A stretch of 64,000 nt of DNA from an uncultured virus (IMG/VR IMGVR_UViG_3300037963_002983) (Duplodnaviria > Heunggongvirae > Uroviricota > Caudoviricetes): the IMG/VR virus record IMGVR_UViG_3300037963_002983; one strand, written 5' to 3'. This document shows, piece by piece, positions 40,405 to 47,729 of this stretch. Both the position numbers and the translations under genes were made by a program. Within the stretch, counting starts at the first letter, position 1. The number at the start of each line of letters is the position of its first letter. The notes beneath the pieces were generated by a model, which saw only the letters and a list, made by a program, of their open reading frames with translations, had not been told where the DNA came from and ran no database searches.

Positions 40405-40791
40405 CTAAATTTTAAAATCCTTTTCTCCAAATATTTTACTAATCATCTTACTCAAAGTAATACGGCTAGCACCCGCAGTAGCCCATTCTTCTCCATCTCT
40501 TGAGGCTTGGAGTAAAGTATATCTCAAAATATATTCTCTTTCATCCATACCTTTCAAATATTTGTCTTCTGTTCCATCCTCTTTCATTTCATGTAAATTT
40601 GCTTGAGCATCTTCATAATATTTCATAGCCTTACCATCGGTCATTCTATACAATATCTTTAAAAATATCTCCAATAATTCATCTTGGTCGTATTCATTAA
40701 TTAAGAAATAAAGAGAAGACCGGCCTCTCCTGTCAAAAGGCCCTCTAATTCCTCTTTTAGTTTTTTTAGCAATTATATCTTCCCATGTCAT
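40405..40791 (-). CDS. W-tagged hypothetical protein
   Basis: MTWEDIIAK. Confidence 0.55.
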   Translation of the reverse strand: MTWEDIIAKKTKRGIRGPFDRRGRSSLYFLINEYDQDELLEIFLKILYRMTDGKAMKYYEDAQANLHEMKEDGTEDKYLKGMDEREYILRYTLLQASRDGEEWATAGASRITLSKMISKIFGEKDFKI

Positions 40792-40833
40792 ATTATTCAC
40801 CTTTTATTTTAAACGACTTTTTCAAAAATTTTT

Positions 40834-41100
40834 CTAGGAATTTTTTTCTTTCTTTCTTTTAGCCTCTTGTTCTAAATCATATGCCCCACTTGACATATAG
40901 GCTTCTCTCATACCATCGGGTGTATTTGCTCTATCTCTTGCTATCCTTTCATCCATAGCCTTAAATCGAGCCTTATCGTCTTTAGCCCTTTCCTCATATT
41001 CTCTTTTTTCTCGGTCAAATACAAGTTTTTGATACTCCTTTTCTTGTTCGGGAGTCATATACTTTACTTTGTCTTTTTTAACAATATCTTTCCAATTCAT
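40834..41100 (-). CDS. W-tagged hypothetical protein
   Basis: MNWKDIVK. Confidence 0.55.
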   Translation of the reverse strand: MNWKDIVKKDKVKYMTPEQEKEYQKLVFDREKREYEERAKDDKARFKAMDERIARDRANTPDGMREAYMSSGAYDLEQEAKRKKEKNS

Positions 41101-41128
41101 TTAATCATCTCCTTTTTCAAAAATTTTT

Positions 41129-41380
41129 CTAGGATTTGTCATAGCCTTGCCTCGCCTCTTTTATGAAGGCTAATCCATTTTCCATATTCCTAGAAACAGA
41201 CTTCTTTATGTAGTCTATTTCCTTAAGAAGAGTATCTTTATCTGCTTCTTGTTTAATCTCATCTTCAAGCCTCATCACTTGTGTGGATAATCTACCCATG
41301 TCAAATTTAAAGAACTCTAATATTTTGAAATACCTTTGGTCGGATATTTTTTCTTTTTTAATCGTATTTTCCCAATTCAT
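41129..41380 (-). CDS. W-tagged hypothetical protein
   Basis: MNWENTIK. Confidence 0.55.
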   Translation of the reverse strand: MNWENTIKKEKISDQRYFKILEFFKFDMGRLSTQVMRLEDEIKQEADKDTLLKEIDYIKKSVSRNMENGLAFIKEARQGYDKS

Positions 41381-41480
41381 TCAATTTCAACTCTTTTTTC
41401 AAAAAATGTGGCGGAATTTTTGTGGCACTAGCGAAAAAAAATTTTTGTTTATTTATGTATTTCCACAATAAAACCTTAAC

Positions 41481-41711
41481 TTAGAATAGTTTATCTTGTT
41501 TAGTATTACCATAGTTCTTAAATCTTTCATCTTTATCAGTTGTTGATTTAACATCTTGTATATACTTAATTAGTTTTCTTAACTCTGTTTGAGCATGGCG
41601 TAATTCATCATTTTGCTTATCAGTAAACGCTTTAGACTCTTTAGTATATTGTAATACTTGTTTTATTGTTTGAACTACGGAATCTAATCTGTTTCGTAAT
41701 TCAGCACTAAT
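41481..41711 (-). CDS. 76 aa helical protein with an apparent ATT start (not in the ORF track)
   Basis: AGGAGG RBS 7 nt upstream of ATT; open frame SAELRNRLDSVVQ...QDKLF. Confidence 0.45.
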   Translation of the reverse strand: MSAELRNRLDSVVQTIKQVLQYTKESKAFTDKQNDELRHAQTELRKLIKYIQDVKSTTDKDERFKNYGNTKQDKLF

Positions 41712-41953
41712 GCAACTTCCTCCTTGACATATCGTAATGTATTAAGGGTAATAAACATAGCAGTTTTATGGGCTAACATGTTAATATCAATGGTTAATTG
41801 GCCAATTTTAACTAAAAGTGGTTAATTAACCTATTTTAACAAAGAAAAAAATTTTGGAACAAAGCCATATGGTTGTAGAACGGCCTAAATTGTAATACCA
41901 TATGGTGTATCTTTTTGGAAACCCGACTATATACTAAATACTGTTATAATAAC

Positions 41954-42223
41954 ATGTCGATAAATTGGACAGAAGCAGTAAAGGAATATAAGGAACAGTA
42001 TGATGATGAAGACGGAATATATGAATATGTTGAGAGTTTACTCCCTGTATATTATGGTGATATATACCAAACTTATCATGATGTAATAGGAACACCGTTA
42101 AAGACCATGATTGAACCTCATCATGTAGGGCTTGAATTTTGGAAAATCATGGCCGAGCATATTTTTGAGGCGTTTTTAGGGCGATTTTATGAGGCTTGGA
42201 ATGAAGCAGAAGAGGAGGAATAA
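41954..42223 (+). CDS. Small acidic early protein (probably leaderless)
   Basis: ATG 26 bp after the TATA start; D/E-rich. Confidence 0.6.
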   Translation: MSINWTEAVKEYKEQYDDEDGIYEYVESLLPVYYGDIYQTYHDVIGTPLKTMIEPHHVGLEFWKIMAEHIFEAFLGRFYEAWNEAEEEE

Positions 42224-42225
42224 AC

Positions 42226-42408
42226 ATGCTAACAAGATATAACGAGGAAGTTTATTCTGTTTTAATGAATAATCATCTTCATGCAATATGTCATACTCGT
42301 AAAGGTGCTGAAAGATTAGTTAAAGCGATGGAAAATAAACCTATTCACAAAAATGTAGAGTTTAGGATAGTTTGCATGAATATTATAGAATATGGAGAGG
42401 AGGAATAA
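42226..42408 (+). CDS. Hypothetical protein
   Basis: GGAGG RBS. Confidence 0.55.
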   Translation: MLTRYNEEVYSVLMNNHLHAICHTRKGAERLVKAMENKPIHKNVEFRIVCMNIIEYGEEE

Positions 42409-42423
42409 CTCAATAACGGTCAA

Positions 42424-42468
42424 AAAAACGGCCTCATTCTTAGGAGTGGGGTCGTTTTTCCCTTTTTT
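42424..42468 (+). terminator. Hairpin with C-TTAG-G loop plus T tract
   Basis: AAAAACGGCCTCATTC-TTAG-GAGTGGGGTCGTTTTT. Confidence 0.6.
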
Positions 42469-42587
42469 AGGGTTGCATCTATAACGCTTCGCTTGATTCA
42501 AAAAGAACTATCGATGCAACCATATGGTGTTACTTTGTTGAACCCGACTATATACTAAATTACAATATAATAATAAGAGGTAATAAC

Positions 42588-42872
42588 ATGAACCGAATAA
42601 TAAATATGATAGAAAAGAAAGAAAGATTGAGAGAAAATGTTGAAAGAATTATTCAACACGCTCCTCCGATGCGTAATTATGGCAACTCGCCAAAATTATG
42701 CAAAGTAGGCGACTTGATTTATTCATATGACACATGCGTGGCCGTTTTTATATGGGATGAAGAAGACACAAAATGGCAAATTGCAGTCCCGAAGTATCAT
42801 AGCACAACCACAACCCGACACATCAACAGAATAGCAAATGACTTCAACACGGAAGTAATTAAATTATATTGA
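42588..42872 (+). CDS. Hypothetical phage-type protein
   Basis: YSYDTCVA...STTTTRHIN motif. Confidence 0.6.
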   Translation: MNRIINMIEKKERLRENVERIIQHAPPMRNYGNSPKLCKVGDLIYSYDTCVAVFIWDEEDTKWQIAVPKYHSTTTTRHINRIANDFNTEVIKLY

Positions 42873-42881
42873 GGCGATAAC

Positions 42882-43022
42882 ATGGACTTAGAAGAAAGAA
42901 TAGAAGAAGAAAAAACATATTTAAGAATACTAAAATATCTAAAGGAACAACCAAGCAATAGAAACGCTGATTCAGCCATAAAACAAATTGAGAAGGCTCT
43001 TCTAAAATTGGACTTTTATTAA
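42882..43022 (+). CDS. 46 aa helical peptide
   Basis: MDLEERIEEEK... preceded by GAGGCGA. Confidence 0.45.
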   Translation: MDLEERIEEEKTYLRILKYLKEQPSNRNADSAIKQIEKALLKLDFY

Positions 43023-43035
43023 AGATGATGATTAA

Positions 43036-43080
43036 AAAAACCCCCCTTTTCTTAGGAATTGGGGGGTTTTTCTCTTTTTT
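43036..43080 (+). terminator. Hairpin with C-TTAG-G loop plus T tract
   Basis: AAAAACCCCCC...GGGGGGTTTTT. Confidence 0.6.
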
Positions 43081-43231
43081 AGGGTTGTGTCTCGTAGTAA
43101 TAACAGTCAAAAAGAATTACGGACACAACCATATGGTTTACTTTGAAAACCCAATTCATATACTATATTGCCCCTTAGTATTGCTTCATGGGGTATTGTA
43201 TGGTTAGCATACAATCTAGGAGATGAAAAAT

Positions 43232-43735
43232 ATGGAATATAATAAATTAGTAGAAAAAACAAACAACATTATAACTTGGTTAGATGTAAACGATGTTGGT
43301 TCAATGGACACAGTTCTAAGGGGCTTAATCACATCAGCACAAGTCGAAGGTCAAACTGAAAAACAATACGAGCAATTTTGGGCTAGTATTCGCTCCCTAT
43401 GCGGTACTCTCCCAAACTCTCCTATTCGCAAAGGTACTCAACAAATATTGCCAGCACAAGTACAGGCCGTTGCGGATTCTGTTGTGAATCGGGTAATAAA
43501 TGCTTTTGTGGGTATTGGTGATAGTGAACTTATGGTTGATACTCTTATGCCAATGCGTAATACATCCGGTGAAAAGTTCGCTGATATTCAAGCATTAGCA
43601 GAATACTTCGGTGGTAGAGTTAGAAGACTTTTGACTGACTCTTACAAAGCAGGTAATTGGAACGGGGAATTGACTAAAGATAATATCACAGGTCTTACCC
43701 TTCCGGTCAAGGAAGCAAAGGAGGCTTCCAAGTAA
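43232..43735 (+). CDS. Paralog family member 1
   Basis: QFWASIR, LPAQVQ, YKAGNWNG; similar to the ORFs at 44662 and 46973. Confidence 0.7.
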   Translation: MEYNKLVEKTNNIITWLDVNDVGSMDTVLRGLITSAQVEGQTEKQYEQFWASIRSLCGTLPNSPIRKGTQQILPAQVQAVADSVVNRVINAFVGIGDSELMVDTLMPMRNTSGEKFADIQALAEYFGGRVRRLLTDSYKAGNWNGELTKDNITGLTLPVKEAKEASK

Positions 43736-43967
43736 GTCTAATCGGTGCAATACCCCATGTCGCACCTATCCTATTCATTGGGAGCATAGCGGAACTCATT
43801 TTTAAAACTAAATATGAAATCTAAGAGTTAAAACCGCTATGCTCCCGAAGTTTTTTTTAGGGTTGCTTCTACTAGTATAAATACGCCAAAGATTAGTGAA
43901 GCAACCATATGGTGTTACTTTTGCTTAACCCAATTATATACTATACTACACCTTAGTAATACATCAA

Positions 43968-44508
43968 GAGGTAAGGTGTCTAAGCAAAAACCCCGTCTAC
44001 AAATGTAGACTAGTTTCAAGAATTGACTTGAAGTAAAGGGGGCAGAAAAGTCAAGGCGATGGACTGTAAAAAATCACCCGACACTACCTCACCTATTCAT
44101 GGAGTATCATATTGAAAAAAGCCAACCTAAGCGAGATGCTGGGAACTTCGGGGAAGCGAAGTAGCAAGGCAAGCCAACAGTGCATAACTGACTTTCTAAA
44201 GAAATACTCCACCTATTCATGAGGGTATTATGCATGAGAGAAAGGTGGAGACCTAATACTTGGTGACTTATCAGTAATGGTAAAATCATCGGACTTGTAA
44301 ATACCCTCTCCTATTCCAATGGTTATTAGTGGCCATAACACTATTGAGAAACGAAGGCGAAAAGTCAAGATTGAACACATAAGACGGTAGGAAATAGTAA
44401 GAGATTGTAAGTCATACCAATACTAGTTGGGACTAGTATGACCTCTCATCAAACATGCTAAGTATCACGCAGTCACTTGTCTTGACGAAGTAGCCGGAGT
44501 TTCTCAAT
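43968..44508 (+). ncRNA. Putative array of structured, end-paired non-coding RNAs
   Basis: Promoter upstream, T tract downstream, no plus-strand ORF in the track; closing stems separated by ACCTATTCAT linkers. Confidence 0.6.
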
Positions 44509-44661
44509 TTTTTTTAAGGTTGCTTCTTCCAACCTACGGTAACAAAAGAATGGGGAAGCAACCATATGGTGTGGCTTTGTCGAACCCGATTATATACTAT
44601 ACTACCCCCTAGTATTGCTTCAATGGGTTGGAGTAGTGGTAAAACACAGGAGGAAATTATT

Positions 44662-45120
44662 ATGGAATTACAAAAGACAATTAATAGAATGAAAAGCATG
44701 CAAGCAACTATGAAAGCACAAAAGGTCAAGAATCCGGCATTGTCGGGTCTTCTAGATGAAGGAGTGCAAGCAACTGATGAAACATCGGCAAATCAATTTT
44801 GGGCTAGTATTAGAGCATTAGTTAAGGCTATGAGTTTAGACAACTTGATACCTTCTCGCTCTACTCTACCGGAAGGAGTTCAAGCAAGCATTCAAACTGC
44901 ATGTGCTGATGTTGAAGAAGCATCAATCGCTTTCTTCAATCACGGCATGGTTAGTCAAGTTATCTTTAGACATGGTAAATCCGGCGGTGGCACTTTTGCT
45001 ACTGCTGAAGACTATGCTAAGGTAATGTCTCAAATGACTGCCGGAAAACTACGACAACACTACAACAATAAAACTTGGGATGGTTCACTTCCCGTAGCCA
45101 TAACGGAGGCTCTACAATAA
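44662..45120 (+). CDS. Paralog family member 2
   Basis: GGAGG RBS; QFWASIR, RHGKSGGG, YNNKTWDG. Confidence 0.7.
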   Translation: MELQKTINRMKSMQATMKAQKVKNPALSGLLDEGVQATDETSANQFWASIRALVKAMSLDNLIPSRSTLPEGVQASIQTACADVEEASIAFFNHGMVSQVIFRHGKSGGGTFATAEDYAKVMSQMTAGKLRQHYNNKTWDGSLPVAITEALQ

Positions 45121-45382
45121 ATCCGTTGAAGCCACAAAACAACCCATTGTCGCACCTACTATTCAACTAATTAGTCGCAGGGGTGAAGAAACTCTTACAG
45201 GGCAGAGAATAAGTCCTACTTAAGAGAAATGAAAAAATTCACTCACCCCTGCGGTCTATGCAGTTTTTTTTAAGGTTGTTTCTACTAGCCTACGGCGACA
45301 AAAGATTAGTGAAACAACCATATGGTTCACTTTGAGAACTCGATTAATATACTATACACCCTCATTATATTGGTGATAAACT

Positions 45383-46132
45383 ATGGCAATAGAATATAAT
45401 AGAACTATGAAAATAAGATATGAGCATGATGAAAGACTCAATCAAAAAGAAGAAGCGAAGTTGGCTCAACAACTACAAAAGAAAGGTTTGACAATGATGA
45501 CAACCTATTGGGGCGAATTTCCCGAATACGGCTATAATACCATAACTACGAAAACAACAAGACACGGTATATACATTGATGATGAACTAATCTTTACTGT
45601 TAAATACATTTCAACTGCAAATGAAATAGTTGAAGGTTTGTCAAATAAATTTGATAATGTAAGCACTGATAGAATAGTAAGTGAAACCACTAAGAAAGAT
45701 TGGGTAAATCCAAAGGGTGATTATCTAGTCCCTGCTTTTGATGATTCATCCTACCTTTCTTACCCACCAACAGAAGATAGTCTATTTGACTTTAAAGAAG
45801 TTGAAAGAGATAATAAAATAACTTTGGACAATGGAGTTCAAATTAGAATAGAACTTGAGAATAACTATGATGGTATGGAATTGATTTTCAAAACAATTTG
45901 GAATTGTGAAACAGTCCAAAGAAAGGAAACAATTGAAGAATACATGGTGGCTTTCCCACTTGAAATACTTGGTAAAGTCCAAAGTGTAGTTGAAAGAGTC
46001 TTGAAGACAAAACAATTCGGTTATGATGTTGATAGTGTTGATATTGATTGTAATTTCAAAGCAATCACTCTCAATGAAAGTAAATGCACACCCGATATTG
46101 TAAAAATGACAAGGGAGGCTAGAAACCAATGA
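45383..46132 (+). CDS. Hypothetical protein
   Basis: 249 aa; GGTGA RBS behind promoter 6. Confidence 0.65.
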   Translation: MAIEYNRTMKIRYEHDERLNQKEEAKLAQQLQKKGLTMMTTYWGEFPEYGYNTITTKTTRHGIYIDDELIFTVKYISTANEIVEGLSNKFDNVSTDRIVSETTKKDWVNPKGDYLVPAFDDSSYLSYPPTEDSLFDFKEVERDNKITLDNGVQIRIELENNYDGMELIFKTIWNCETVQRKETIEEYMVAFPLEILGKVQSVVERVLKTKQFGYDVDSVDIDCNFKAITLNESKCTPDIVKMTREARNQ

Positions 46133-46277
46133 AGTTAAGAAAATTGAATAGATGTGAAATTTGTAGTAGAAGAATAAGCGATAAACACACTCACTGCTAC
46201 CATTGTAGAAGTAGCCCAAATTGTCAAAAAGACAAACACGAATAAGATTCAACAAAGTTCTGTTGAATATTGCTAAC

Positions 46278-46332
46278 GGGGCATAAGGGATAAAATACCA
46301 AAATGGAAATCCCTTATGCCCCAATTTTATTT
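46278..46332 (+). terminator. 14 bp hairpin plus T tract
   Basis: GGGGCATAAGGGAT...ATCCCTTATGCCCC. Confidence 0.6.
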
Positions 46333-46538
46333 AGGGTTATACTTTCAGCCTAAAGGCGACAAAGAATGAGAGTATAACCAAACTAATTTATAACCATAAG
46401 CCCTCATTTGTACCTAACTTGTCATAACCAAAAAACAACTACCTCTTTAACACACTCCTTCAATTGAATGTATAGAGTATTGAAAATATTTATTGGAATA
46501 TTAGTATTGTATAGTATATAGTATAGAAGTTCGGAAAG

Positions 46539-46836
46539 TGGACAGGCAAGGAGGCAGGGGTGTCCACTAAAATGTCCACTTTTTATTGTGTAGTTTCTTG
46601 ATAGTAATTAATTTATTATTAATATTATTAATAATAATATATATTATGGACATTATGGACATTATGGACACTATATCTATCTTACCCCCTCCCCCTACTT
46701 CTAATAACTATTAAGATTCTTTATAGTTATTTTTATTCCATATATCCTAGAGGGGTGTCCAATATGTCCATAATGTCCAACTTCCTCGCAGTCCATCGTT
46801 TTGGGGGTGTCCATTGAGTGTCCATTGGAGTGTCCA
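46539..46836. repeat. TGTCCA/TGGACA iteron cluster around an AT-rich palindrome; probable replication origin
   Basis: 12 hexamer copies; AT-only inverted repeat at 46613-46637. Confidence 0.65.
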
Positions 46837-46972
46837 TAAAATTCAGTAAGGGAAAATTGCTCATATTGAAATTAACGGTAATAGTTTCTTTATCGTTTAT
46901 TTTAAACATAGTAAAGTCTCTAGGATAACTATGAAGGCTCATTTTATATGTAAATTCAATATAAAGAAAATA

Positions 46973-47443
46973 ATGGAAGAAGATAAGTGGCAACATATCA
47001 AATTAGATGTAGAAGAATATTTAGAGTCGGGGGCTGAATTGTCCGAAGGCATTGTTCAAGTAATTAGACTAAACCTAACAATTGGTGAAACTCAACCAAA
47101 CGAAAGAAAGGGTATTGTTAAGGCGATAAAGGCTATGTTAGCAGGTAAAGAAGGAACGCCTTTCCACAAAGGAAACAAGAGCGACCTACCGGCAAAGGTA
47201 AGAGTAGTCGTAGAGCAATTAGGTAAAACAATGTATAATGCTTCTATAACATACATGGGGTATCATGCAGTTATGCAATACATTACCCCAAGACACAAGA
47301 AATCCGGTGGAGGTTTTTACAAGAGTGATAAGGAGTTCGCATTGGCTAATAAAAAGAGGCTAATGACGAGGCTCAAAAAAGAGTATCGAGATGGGCATTG
47401 GGATGGGACAGTAGATGGACTAATGCCTCTTGAAGAGGAGTAA
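46973..47443 (+). CDS. Paralog family member 3
   Basis: LPAKVR, PRHKKSGGG, YRDGHWDG. Confidence 0.65.
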   Translation: MEEDKWQHIKLDVEEYLESGAELSEGIVQVIRLNLTIGETQPNERKGIVKAIKAMLAGKEGTPFHKGNKSDLPAKVRVVVEQLGKTMYNASITYMGYHAVMQYITPRHKKSGGGFYKSDKEFALANKKRLMTRLKKEYRDGHWDGTVDGLMPLEEE

Positions 47444-47729
47444 ATTCACTACTTCCGTTAAGAGAAGGCCGAGCGCAAATTTTCGCCGCCCTTTATATAG
47501 TATTCCGCCCCTTTGGTTTGAGGTCGAATCCGACCCTCGCCCCCCACATTTAACGGTGATAGTTTCACTATCTACTGTTAAGTGTTTCATATGGTTGGCT
47601 AAACTAAAAAGCAAAGGTGCGACAAAGAAGTATATCATTTTGATATTACCATGTTTGGGGGGAACATGAGATTGCTTAAGTTTAGTCAGCCACCCACACT
47701 CCACCCCTAAATAAAAATGGTGAATAAAA

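Larger units (their letters stand above)
39834..40802 (-). repeat. Four copies of the junction repeat AGGTGAATAATATGACA
   Basis: At 39834-39850, 40138-40154, 40390-40406 and 40786-40802. Confidence 0.9.
41897..45355 (+). promoter_or_regulatory. Six conserved promoters: ACCATATGGT palindrome, CTTT, then AACCCRAYTATATACTA
   Basis: Palindromes at 41897, 42519, 43128, 43904, 44561 and 45317, each about 29-31 bp upstream of a TATA-like box. Confidence 0.8.

Noticed and set aside
43968..44508. tRNA genes or C/D box sRNAs
   Set aside because: No cloverleaf with a GTTC T-loop and no terminal RTGATGA/CTGA box pair seen
44566..44661. N-terminal extension of ORF 44566-45120 (similarly 41915 and 43025)
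   Set aside because: Reads through the promoter motif; the RBS supports a start at 44662
41865..46379. CRISPR array
   Set aside because: Repeats are hundreds of bases apart and enclose genes; no constant-length spacers and no cas genes
42471..46379. Canonical integron attC sites
   Set aside because: Arms run GTT...AAC, the reverse of attC (RYYYAAC...GTTRRRY), and no tyrosine recombinase is present in the window
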